Made by a program: the position numbers and the translations under genes. From NCBI RefSeq assembly GCF_032191835.1, contig NC_083234.1, positions 47,616,001-47,680,000 of the forward strand: a DNA stretch of 64,000 nucleotides, written 5' to 3'. A model generated the notes under the pieces. The model had not been told where the DNA came from. It saw only the letters and a program-made list of their open reading frames with translations, and made no database searches. This document shows, piece after piece, positions 52,676 to 64,000 of the stretch. Position 1 is the stretch's first letter. Each line of letters opens with the position of its first letter. Origin of the DNA: Heteronotia binoei (Eukaryota).

Positions 52676-54531
52676 CAGGGTTTCCCAAACTTTTCTTTCC
52701 TGTGGCCCGGTTATTTTTACACTTCTCCTTCGTGACCCACTAAAATTTGGGGGTGGAGCCAGGAGACAGGAATTATGTCATTTCCTGTGGGGTCAAGGGC
52801 CAAGTGATGTCACTTTTGGGGTACACTGAACCAAAACTCCACCTTTTCCTGTGATGTCACTTCCAGAATGTCCACCAGTGGGGCCAGGGCACTAGAAGCC
52901 CTCCCACTGTTGCTTCCCCTCTCCCAGCACCAAGAATACAGACAGAGCATCACTTGCAAGGAAAGAAAGAAGGAAGGGGGGGGCAAAGAAAAAAAGCCTT
53001 CCTCACCATCAGTTGACCTCAGCCAGCAACAATTCTGCTCGGGATTTGGTAAAAATGGGGGGGAGAAGGAAGGAGAGGCAGCCCAGCTCCTTTCTGCACA
53101 ACACAAAGATGGGGGAAGGAAGGAAGCCAAACAGAGCTCAGACTTTGCAGCCTGTGTCAGTCTTCAAGGCTAGCTTTTCTCTGCACAACAGAGAGACAGG
53201 GGAAGGAAGCCAAACGGAGTGCAGGCTTTGCAGCCTGTGTCAGTCTTTAAGGCTAGCTTTTATCTGTACAACAGAGAGAAGGAAGGAATAATAATATAAT
53301 AATAATAATTTTTTATTTCTATCCCGCCCTCCCCGCCGGAGCAGGCTCAGGGCGGCTCACAACAGAAAACACACATTACATCAATTATACTTATAAAACA
53401 TGGTTAAAACAATTACAAATTATTAAAATTAACTTAACAATATGGCGTTATAAACAGGTTTCAGTAAATTTCAGAGAGTAAAAGCATTTCAAGAATAAAA
53501 GCATTTCCAGCAGCATACCTAGTTTGTCACTAGTTTTCCACTAGTTGAAGGCCATCTTGAAGAGGTGGGTCTTGCAGGCCCTACGGAATCCATCTAAACA
53601 TCGTAGGGCCCTCACCTCCTCAGGGAGTTGATTCCACAGTAATGGAGCGGTAATAGAGAAGGCCCGGTCCCGGGTGGCCTTCAGTCTGGCCTCCCTTGGC
53701 CCAGGGATATTCAACTGGTTTTTCCCAGATGACCTCAGTGCCCTCTGGGGCTCATATGGGGAGAGATGGTCCCTTAGGTAGGTAGGTCCTCGGCCATATA
53801 GGGCTTTAAAGGTAATGACCAGCACCTTGTAGCGAACTCGGTATGCCACTGGCAACCAGTGCAGCCCGCGCAGCCCCGGCTGTATGTGCTCCCACCTTGG
53901 GAGCCTCAGCAACAGTCTAGCCGCCGCGTTCTGCACCAGCTGCAGCCGCCGAATTCGGCACAAGGGCAGCCCCATGTAGAGGGCATTGCAGTAGTCCAGT
54001 CTCGAGGTGACCGTAGCATGGATCACCGTTGCTAGGTCGCGGCGCTCCAGGAAGGGGGCCAACTGCTTCGCCCGTTGAAGATGAAAGAACGCGGACTTAG
54101 CAGCGGCCGCTATCTGTGCCTCCATTGATAATGAAGGCTCCAGAAGAACCCCCAGGCTCTTGACCTTGTGTGCCGCTTTAAGCTGCACACCGTCAAGAAC
54201 TGGCAAGGGGATTTCCCCTCCCAGGGTACCGCGACCCAAGCACAGGACCTCTGTCTTCGTTGGATTCAGCTTCAGCCCGCTCAGTCTGAGCCAGCCTGCC
54301 ACGGGGAAGGATGGGGGAAGGAAGGAAGCCAAATGGAGAGCAGACTTTGCAGCCTGTGTCAGTCTTCAAGGCTAGCTTTTTTCTGCACAACAGAGAGATG
54401 GGGGAAGGAAGGAAGCAGAGCAGATGTCATGCTTTGCTGGGGGCGGGGCTAGTTTTGGCTTTTCTTGTGACCTGGTAGTGAGGCTTCTGTGGTCCAGTAC
54501 CAGGTCACGACCCTGCAAATGGGAAATACTG
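52676..54531. mobile_element. Non-autonomous hAT element (interrupted by the L2)
   Basis: 8-bp TSD ctttagat at 52668-52675 and 54532-54539; imperfect TIRs CAGGGTTTCCCA / TGGGAAATACTG. Confidence 0.85.
53288..54304 (-). mobile_element. Young 5'-truncated L2 LINE with open ORF2 C-terminus and (TTA)n tail
   Basis: ORF 53541-54332 (LKLNPTKTEVL...SRLDYCNALY...LHWLPV...HLFKMAFN*); CpG-rich; short ggaagga duplication at 53281 and 54305. Confidence 0.92.
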
Positions 54532-54729
54532 CTTTAGATCATAGTTTCCTTTGTAATCAAAGGACAGGCCCTGAAGAAATGCTACCAGTCTGAGTAGATA
54601 ATACTGACTTTGATGGAGTAAGGGTCTGATTTACTATAAGCCAGTTTCATGTGTTTGAGGACAATATATTCTACCAATGAAAGTGAAAATAAAGAAAAAG
54701 CTATTTGTTCTGCATTAGAAACCAGTACT

Positions 54730-55500
54730 TTATTTTATTTATTTTATTAGACCTTTAGCCTGCTCTCCCCTGCACTGTAGGGGCATAATCAGGCAGGGTA
54801 TAATAAGTTAATAATACACATTAAAACAATTTAACATAACACTTAAAAATAAAATCAGGTGGCTCTTTTAGGAACTAAATACATAATCTATCCTAGTGAG
54901 GTTGTGTAGGCTGTGCAGTTTATAAAGCTGGTACGCAGTACAATTAAAGGGTGGAGGAGGTGGGGAAGGCCAAATTTGAAGGAAAACTTGGCTGCCTCAA
55001 CCTCTGAAGGAGAATACCTGGTGGGACATTTCTGTTTTACATGCCCTGCGAAAATGAATCAGATTCTGTAGGGCCCAGATCACATCTGGAAGAGCATTCC
55101 ACCAGGCTAGGACCAGAGCCTTTTTGGGTTGAGGCAAGATGAATACTTTTGGGGTCAGGGACCACCAGGAAGTTGTTGTGCATAGACTGCAGTGCTGTCT
55201 GGGGTGCACTAGGAGAGATGGTCCCATAGATATGTTGGTTCTAGACTAAGTAAAGCTTTGAAGGTTAAGACCAAAATCTTGAATTTGATCTGGTATTCCG
55301 TTTGGAGCCAGTGCAGCTGGTGGAGCACTGGCTGTATATGGGCTCTAGATGGAGTACTTGTAAGCAAACGCAACCGTGTTCTGGACCAATTGGAGTTTCC
55401 GGGTCACTCTTAAGGTAACCTGGCCTGTGTAGAGCAAGTTAGTAGTTTAACCTGGAATTGACTGTTGCGTGGATCACTGTGGCTAAGTCAGGGTGAGACA
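54730..55500 (-). mobile_element. Old L2 3' fragment
   Basis: Degenerate similarity to the young L2 at 53288-54304 (WLPV, RAFS...WNALP, FRRACKT). Confidence 0.65.
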
Positions 55501-55525
55501 GGAAGGGAACTGGTTCCTGAGCTTG

Positions 55526-55789
55526 GACTGATTTCCCACTCACCTTACGCCACTCTCACACTCCTCTTCTCAGTGGAGCTTCCATCGGATTTCACACTAT
55601 CTGCTCTGGGGCTGCAACTAGCATCGCGTTTTTTGTGCAGCAAACAGAAACCTCTAAAAAGCAGGTTTTGTTTGCCACGCGAAAAAGGCGATGCTAGTTG
55701 CAGCCCCAGGGCAGATAGTGTGAAATCAGACAGAAGCCTTGCTGAGAAGAGGAGCGTGAGAGTGGCGTAAGGTGAGTAGGAGATCGGTC
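55526..55789. mobile_element. Foldback MITE (probably Harbinger-type)
   Basis: Whole 264 bp is an imperfect palindrome; 3-bp TSD TTG on both sides. Confidence 0.85.
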
Positions 55790-57599
55790 TTGGTGTAGGT
55801 GGAAAGATGCCAGTCTGGCAACATTTGTGATCTGGGCCTCCAATAAGAGGCAAGCATAGCCTTGACCTAGATTGCTCAGGAAGCCCAATCTTGTAAGATC
55901 TCAGAAGCTAAGCAGGGCCGACCTTGGCAAGTACTTGGAAGGGAGATCTCCAAGGGATACCAGGACGCAGGGGCAGGCACTGCAATCCACCTCTGAAAAA
56001 AACATCCTAACCCCACTAGGGGTTGCCAGAAGTCACCATGATTTCCAGGCACTCAAGTGCACATACACAATATAGTTGCAAGCATCTGCTTGTGACCTAC
56101 CAAGCCAAAGGCTGACCATAGAGCACCAGTTGATGCTTGCAACCTGCCATAGGCTTTACAAAAACCTGACTTGTGGTCCGAGTCTGTCCTGGATGACTGG
56201 TGTACTGTGTTTTTCTTGGTAGATCTCAAATTGTGCAGGCCTTATCTACAGCAAGGGTGTCTGGAATTATTGCTTGCTTTTTGTCATGACTTCTGTGTTT
56301 ATAATCAAAGTACAGAGGAGAATTTCAACATGTGTAGCATCGTGCACCAGCACAGTGGTATTAAAAACCATTTATACTATGTTTTAAAATTTCCAGTTTC
56401 AGAGAATCCTTTTCATGTTAGCGTCATAGAACTGGAGAATTCTCCTTTGGATTACAGAAGACCTTGGGACATACTCTACTATGTGCACTAAAATTCCACA
56501 GTGCACTGTCCTGGCTTCTTGTTCCTCCTATGAACTGACAGTGCAACATGGAAGACACCAGATCCTCCAAGGGGGCTATGCCATGCACAGGGGCAATAAC
56601 AGTATGGGTAACATTAGTAATCTAATTACTGAGCCCCTGAAAAGTTTCTGGAAAATCCCAGAGTTGCTCTGAAAAATTGAATACTGGTGCAAATTATTTT
56701 TAAGCTTTAGTTGTATTTGTATGTACTCCTCTTTTAAGCCATCTATCCCAAGTTAACTGCTGGGTAATTTGTCAGCGGCTTCCTTTTTGAAACACATGCA
56801 CGTGAAACACACTTATCTGACAGCACAATTGCAAGTGTATACAGTCAGAAGAAATTATCAGTAAATTCGATGGAATTTACCCTGTAATAATATCCTTACA
56901 GTTGCTGCTTTAATCTACCAGGCTTCCTCCTGTGTAGAGGTCCCTTGTTTGTTTGCAGTAAGGTCAGAACATGGTAGGGGTGAAATGCCTTGTCACCTAT
57001 ACTTGCACAAGTAATTTTTACAAACAGGAAGCATTCCTTTGCAAGGAGGGTGGTAGTGAACATATTGTTGGATGAAAAAAGCAACGGTATGTTAAATTCT
57101 GAAAGGGGCTATATATAGTACTTTTATAAATCAGTGAAATAATAAACAATTCAGCAGTTCATTCCTTATGCATGTTTCTTCACAAAACAAGTTCCATGGT
57201 GTCCACTGAAAATTACTCCCAAGAAAGCGTGCGTAGAACTTGATCCTGTACCAATTTAAGCCTACATAACATCAGCTCCAACTGTGGTGTTAGAAAGAGC
57301 TGGACAATTAGTTTAATAGAAACCTAAATAATGATACATTTTATTGTGACAGATTTTCATAGGCTACTTACTACACATGGTGACTACATGTAAACAATAA
57401 CCATTTTCCTTTGTGTAGCTTGTGTATGTTTATGTACACATATGGAGCAATCCTAAACTGGTTCACTTAGAAGAAAGTCCCATTTTATTCCATTGTTTAT
57501 TCTCAGAAAAGTGACGAATGCAGGCAAGGGTGCCCAGGAGAAAAAGCATAATTTCCCCTCAAGTGTGAGCTAAGCCTGTGCAGGACACAAGAATACGAT

Positions 57600-58200
57600 C
57601 AGTGTGGGCTTGCCCACCGACTGTTAGTACTGCGCTATAGGCATAATAGCGAATTATCTCAAACGAGACCATTGCTTCCTAGACCAAGAGGTCCACTTTT
57701 AAAGCCTACCGAAACCCAGTTCCCAGTGTGGGATCTGGAGGCGAATGTTCTTTACCGTAAGGGCTACTTGAGGTCCGCTACCCCGCTCCGCCCCCGTGCT
57801 ATCCTTTCTACGCTTCTGCAGAAAAGGGCAGCTGTCAATAACCCAACCAAGCTCCGCTCCCAGAGGGAGATGATGCCTAAAACGTATCAGCCAATGCATA
57901 AACTCAAACCAATCAAAAAGCAGAGGGTGACCCGCATCCGGGCAACCCGTGGTGGAGGCGGTGTTTGGAGAGCGTCGCAATCACTCAGGGCGAAGGTTGG
58001 GGCGCACGAGAGTGAGAGTCCCGCCCACTCCACAGTTCCTAGCCTCCTAATTGGACTGGCGCTCTTTGGGGCCGCCTTGATTCCCGGGCCTGGATAGCTT
58101 GTTGGGTGGCTCGCGCTGGTGCCGCCGCTTGGTTGCTTCGAGGTGAGCGGCTGAAGGTGCAGCTGTGGCAGCATCCTCGCCTGTTGCTGGGGCCCTCAAA
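57600..58200. promoter_or_regulatory. CDS2 CpG-island promoter (possibly bidirectional)
   Basis: CCAAT 57891, 57909; ATTGG 58050; GC boxes ~57789, 57954, 58021; high CpG. Confidence 0.75.
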
Positions 58201-58263
58201 ATGTCTGAGCTCAGGCAGAGGCTTGGCCGGGATGCTGACGGACAGCTTGACTCCGAGGAAAAG
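58201..58263 (+). CDS. CDS2: CDS2 (phosphatidate cytidylyltransferase 2) coding exon 1
   Basis: MSELRQRLGRDADGQLDSEEK|gtagag resembles CDS2 MTELRQR...EDK; head-to-head with PCNA as in mammals. Exon 2 not found in the window. Confidence 0.88.
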
Positions 58264-61200
58264 GTAGAGAGGCTGGCGGGCATGCGGGAGGTCTGCCCAA
58301 AGGAAACTTCGCGAGTGCGAATGCAAGGCGGAAACGGCAGCGGGGGCACGTTGGGGGTGGCTTGCAGAGTTTGCTCGAGACAGGGTTGTTTGGTGGGAAG
58401 AAGTGACGACGGAGGTTTCATTGTGGGAAGAAGGCCTGAGAATGGAAGGGGGAGCGGTTCACATTGTTGAAAGGCAGATTTTACCCTAGGGAGATTGCAT
58501 CACCATCACCCGGGGAATACCTGTTATAACGGATATTGGGCTTTCAGTGCGCTACCAGCAGTTTCTAAAATAGCCTTGTCTCAGAGAGCCTGCGTACAAA
58601 CGAGCGCGTCTCCCCCTTTCTCTCTCCTTAAAAGGGACTGTCAAATATCCCTTAACACCTGCATACGCAACGTGCAGCTAAGACCGCTTGAAACTAAATT
58701 CTTGCTGTAGCATGCATGGCTACCCCTCTGGATCTTGATTGAAATTTTTAAAACGTTTATTGTATAATCAAGTGTTTTGGGGTTTTTCAAGAAGTAGTTT
58801 GTGACTCACGACTAGAGCAGTAGGGTTGGGGTTTTTTTCTGAGTCAGTACCCAACAAGGCTTGCATCTATAGTTGATCATTCAGAAATGCTCTGAGCCAT
58901 CTAGTTTTTAAGTACTATATACTTATCTACAGAGGTTTGCTCCACACAAGCTCTGTACAAGTCCAGTTTCTAATCTGGCATTGCCTTAAATGCTTATTGA
59001 AAATCACCCTAAATAAGCAACTCTAAATTCCATCTGCATTTTTCACTAAAGGGCAAAGGTGCATCTCCAGACTCTGAATTTATGCTTGCTTACTTGAGGC
59101 TAGGCTCCATTAAATACAGTAGGACTTACTTCTGAGTAAACATGCAGGCGAATGGTTATGGTCTTTGCTCTTGGTGCAGCTTGATGTTTTGCCTCTTGAA
59201 CCCTTACTGCAAACCCATTAATCTGAAATGTGCCTAAACCCAAGTGGAAATCGTGTCATATGAAAGGGAAGGGGGTTAATGTTTTCCATTCAGTAATACC
59301 ACAGTTTGAAACCCTATCTTCTAATTATGCAAAAGTCTGTAGGTTGTCCCTAATTTGAAACTTATTCTTCTGTGAGCTTCACTAACTGACTGTATTCTTG
59401 ACTTCCGTTGGTACTGGGGAAATAATGCTTTCAGCCTGCTTTACAGCGTTGTTGGACAGAGTACTGAGATAATATCCATGCACATTCTAATGCACCATAT
59501 AAAAAGCTAAGTTATTATTTTGTTGCAGTGAATATATATTTCATTGATCATTTATGCAAGATGTGATTTCCAGTCCCAGCAGAGCAGTGGGCTTACTAGG
59601 GTGTCTTGATCAAGTCACAGCTAGTCTAGTCTTTTTGTTCCCTGTAGTTAATAACAGAGCGTAAGTGCAGAGAGAAATGGAGATGTGAGGTCCCTACCTT
59701 AAATCTCTGGAATGTTTTTAAGAACAATGCCTAATAAATGAAAGGTCAGCTTTCAACAACCGTTTGCTTGGCCAGGATGTACACAAAAATTGCCAAACAG
59801 GTTTGGAACGGGAAAAAGTAGAATTCAAGTACTGGTGTGAGGGTTTTTTTTAAAAAAAAAATTCCACTGCAAGAACAGTGCAGTTCTCTGACATCTAATT
59901 CAGGGAACTTGTTGGCTGTTTTGCTGCTCCATCTGCTTCTCTTATTTCTCCAGATGAAGCCCAGAACAATCTCAGACCCTTCCCAAAGGGCTTCTAGCAT
60001 TGCCTGAGTGGCCTCTTAATAATTTCCCTACCACTCTTTTCTGGGCCAGCTTGAGTGCATTATCTAAGATGGCTTTTGGGGGGGGTACTAAGGTATTATT
60101 AGTTACTTATTTAGCACATTTTATCTTGCATTTTCATCACAGAGTTCAGACTGGTATATTGCACTCTGTCCCGTTTCTGTTTAGTCTCTCCACGACCCAG
60201 CAAGATAGGCTAGGCTGACATAGAGGGCCACCCAGTAAACTGCTGATCAGAATGGGGACTTGAACCTTGGTCTCCGAGATCTCAGTCTGATCCCTACCAC
60301 TACACCAGATGGGCTGTCAGTAAGTTTAGGGGAGCATTGGACCATGAGGGAGGGGTATCTGGCATCTCTTACATTGTTCTGAAGGATGTTGGAGCACAGC
60401 TCTTGGGGACCATATGATGCTGCAGACTGGGCCTCTTCTGCAGTTGACTGAGTGTGACAAGAGGGGATTGTGTCCCATCATATGCATCACTAAGAGGCTA
60501 CCTTAGGCACATCTCTTGGGTTGTATCATGTAGCTAACTTGAACTAGAAAAATATCTTGGACTGGCTAGCTGTGGATGTCACACCTGATCTACCACTTTG
60601 GGAGTGGGATGTGTAGGAAAACATTCTTTATAGAAAACAGAAAGAGTAGGCTTATTTATACCCTGTCCTTCACTTGGAGTCTCAGAGGGGCTTGCAGTCT
60701 TCTTCCCTTCCTCTCCTTGCAACAGATACCCTGTGAGGTAGGTGGGGCTGAGACAGCTGCTGTTGTGAGAACAATTCTTAAGAGACCTGTGACTGACCCA
60801 TAGTCACCCAGCAGCTGCATGTGGAGGAGTGCAGAATTAAATCCGGTTCTCCATATTGGAGTCCACTGCTCTTAATTACTGCACCAGACTGCCTCCAAGA
60901 GAGAAAGATGGAATGAACCCTTCTGCCTGCCATTCAAGCTTTCGGGAGGGGGGGGGGGGGGCGGGATTTCATATTTCCCTTTTGAAGCTCTTTCTGGAAG
61001 TTGTACAGCCCAAGTTTGGCTGCTTGATTTGAAGGCCTACCCCTTTGATAGGAGAGAGGGCCATCTAGCATGCAGTTTCCCAGGTCAGTCTGATCTCAGT
61101 GTAGAGGAAGGTTATGAAGTTATGTGCATGTGTTCCAAACAAATCTTGGCTCTGAGAGGGAGTCGCCAGGAGCTGAAAAATTTTAATTTCAGTTCCTGTT

Positions 61201-63200
61201 ATATGCAATCCCATCCATGTTTATGTTAAAGCAAGTCTCATGGAGTCCCATGGTACTTTTTCACTAGCTGAAAATTAGGCAGCCTTGCTGTTACAAGATT
61301 GCATGCTCTGGGAATTAAGTGAAAAATGAGCTCTTTTTCTTCTTTTTGAAAAGGAAGAACTAAAACTTTTAACACCTTGCAGCATTTGCAAACTTAAATG
61401 ATGACTCAGTGTTTGCTGACAAACCAGAGGTTGTTACAGGATCGCTGTTCTGTTAACGACCACAAAAGAGAATCCAAAGTATGCTCTTACGATTTTTTTT
61501 AAAAAAACCTTCAGTGACTGGAATTTAGAGGGCTGTATTGGTAGGAGTTTGGCAGAAGATCATTGCTGATGAGTATCATTGGGTACAAAGCCTCACAGGA
61601 GCTGCCTGTGCCTTTGCAGTATGCACTATGTTTGTGGCCAAGAAGGCTCAAGGACTATTTTTAAAAATAGCATTTAATTTCTCAGGTTTTTCCCAATGGG
61701 AGCTCTGTTAATTCCGCTTGAACATACAATCCTTCTTCCTGTTAGAAATATATGGCCAATATAGAACTCTGCTTTCTCCAAAGTAACTTTAAATAAACAA
61801 TGCGGAAGCCAAGGAATAACCTTACTCATTGCTAAGCTGCTTTGAGCAGCCCTCTTTGATACTAGACACAGGAACTTCTCAGTCCTGTACAACAGCTTGT
61901 TTCAGACTTGGTACTTTGGACCCCTTCTCCATATTGATGCTGTGGCATCCAAGCAGATGGTTCTGGAACATAATTTGCTGGGCACACTCAGTTTATTCAA
62001 GGTACTGCCCAGATCTACTGGGCCTCTTCATTGCTCCATGCAAATTCAGAGCTTGTCTTGACCTAGAACGGACCTATAAGTCTTCTATGCGTGATGAACA
62101 AAGCCAGTGCAGTGAAAGATCTGACATCTTTCACGAAAACTGGTTTGTTATTCATGGTCCTTCCCACTGAGGAACTTCTGAGAACCTTCTGAGGAGTCTC
62201 GAGGTTCCATGGGATTTGCTTTAAACATCTGTGCAGTATTAAAGGTCTTCTAGGGCCTATTTCTGTAGTACCAACAGACAGTTAATTAAAAAATGCTGTC
62301 TATTTGCAACCAATTGTTGGTGATCCCAGGACTATGGTGTTTATAAGACAAGAGATGAGCAGACTCATCCTTCAGATAGCAACCCATGACTTCCTAGATA
62401 GTCTCGCATCCAAGCACTGACCACGATCAATCTTTCTTACCTTTCAAACTGGCTAGTGTGGGCTATTAAGTATGTGGAATATGGCCTGGACTTGGGAAAT
62501 TTCTCCACTTTCCTGAAAGCTCACCTTGACTCTTTGTCCCTGACTTCCCAATATTGTCTTTAGACTTTTATTTCAAAGAGCATATTGAAGTAGATTGTAT
62601 TAAAGTTATAATTTTTCTGTTGTTGCCTTCTTAATGGCTTGGTGTAGATACTGAAATTTTAGTGCGTTTTTGTTTAGTGTTAATTTTGCTCTGTTCCTGC
62701 ATTTACTGCTTTTATGTTCTGTTAGCTGCCTTCTGTAATATTTTATAAAAAGGGAAGATAAAAATATTTTAAATAATGTATTCCATGGTTTGTTCTCAAT
62801 TTCATTTATGTGACCTGTCTCAGAATCCTCTTTAGCCACCCAAGTTTGCATGCTTGTAGTGCATGCCTGAAGCGGATTCAGGTAGAATAGGGATATCTGT
62901 AGGTCAGTAATTGCCTATCATCTTTTTGCAGTTAGAAGTTCTATTGTAGGTCTATCCATGTGTAAGGTTGCCCTTGTCTTGAGTGGATTGTTTGTGCAGT
63001 GTTTAACAATCTTGTTTTAAAAGTGGCTTACTATAGTTTTGCTGTCCTAATCTGCTTTGAGATCAAGTAAAATTAGCTGGGTTTTAAAAGTGAAATAAGA
63101 ATATACACTTCTGCCTCAAACCTGAAGACAATATTGTATGGCATTGTGAGTAGTATAGCCAGGAGTTCAGAAGATTGCCTGGCAGCCTTAAGTTCTAACT

Positions 63201-63335
63201 CAGGGGTGACCAACGGTAGCTCTCCAGATGTTTTTTGCCTACAACTCCCATCAGCCCCAGCCATTGGCTATGCTGGCTGGGGCTGATGGGACTTGTAGGC
63301 AGAAACATCTGGAGAGCTACCGTTGGCCACCCCTG
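63201..63335. mobile_element. Palindromic hAT MITE in CDS2 intron 1
   Basis: CAGGGGTG...CACCCCTG, near-complete foldback; perfect 8-bp TSD ttctaact. Confidence 0.9.
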
Positions 63336-64000
63336 TTCTAACTCTTTTAGGTGGCAAGCTAGACTTATGAGGGGAGGGGCTGAGAGAGCTCTGAGAGCTG
63401 TAACTGACCCAAGGTCACCCAGGCTTCATGTGGAGGATGGTGGAATTGAACCTGGCTCTCCAGATTAGAATCTGCTGTTCTTAACCATTACACTATGCTG
63501 GCTTCCAATCTGAAGACAGATGCTCATATAATAAGGCTTGTGTGCAGAATTTTGGGATGGGACAGAGCTTCAGTGTTGGTTCAAGGTAAGCTATGTAAAA
63601 CATTCTGCTGCTAGTCCTGTTTACTCCAAAGGGCTTTGAACTAGTGCAGCTCTTTGAGGACTGGGTAGACTATCCTTTTAAAATCACAGTTTTAACTTGC
63701 AGCATAGTTCTGTGGGAGCTGCTGCTGGATCATTTCTCACCTGTACATAGGACTGCCAGTGCTCAGTTGAGAGCAGGGGATCCCCAAGTTTGGAGCCCCT
63801 CCTCCTGTTTCATGGCTATCAGAAAGCGGGGGAGGGGAGAAAAGAAGAATAGCTGAAGGGTGCTCTATTTATACCCTATGAAAATCAGTCCCCATAGGGT
63901 ATAGTGGAAAATCGATCTGTTGATATCTGGGGCTCTGGCAGGAGGCTGTTTTTTGAGGTAGAGGTAGCAAATTTTTAGGATAGCTACTGGTGCCTCTCCT

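Noticed and set aside
56896-57084. Short ORF with donor-like CT|GTAAGG between PCNA and CDS2
   Set aside because: No recognisable protein and no supported acceptor.
57672-58470. Several 90-140 aa ORFs around CDS2 exon 1
   Set aside because: GC-rich shadows; only 58201-58263 has homology and a splice donor.

Overview
Vertebrate genomic DNA, almost certainly a gecko (inferred from the SINE/LINE repertoire: Squam3-like, Sauria and 5S-derived SINEs, young L2, CR1). The window covers the conserved amniote block [SLC23A2?]-TMEM230-PCNA-CDS2. It holds complete PCNA (6 coding exons, minus strand, 261 aa), complete TMEM230 coding sequence (3 coding exons, minus strand), CDS2 exon 1 (plus strand), and a CpG-island first exon of a minus-strand gene at ~3.4-4.4 kb (SLC23A2 by synteny only). 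The rest is intronic/intergenic and dense in transposons. Main points of interest: (1) a Ty1/Copia RNase H + polypurine tract + intact 500-bp 3' LTR, whose 5-bp target duplication and 5' LTR tip can be recovered in inverted orientation 1 kb upstream; (2) a TSD-flanked Penelope-like insert carrying a minimal type-I hammerhead ribozyme inside an L2 RT; (3) a 1.1-kb PIF/Harbinger element with CpG-rich, inverted-repeat-rich cargo of unknown origin; (4) an E2F/NF-Y/TATA cluster in PCNA intron 1 resembling the mammalian PCNA antisense promoter; (5) a D165G substitution next to PCNA K164. I found no clearly new multi-gene system. All calls were made by eye, without database searches.
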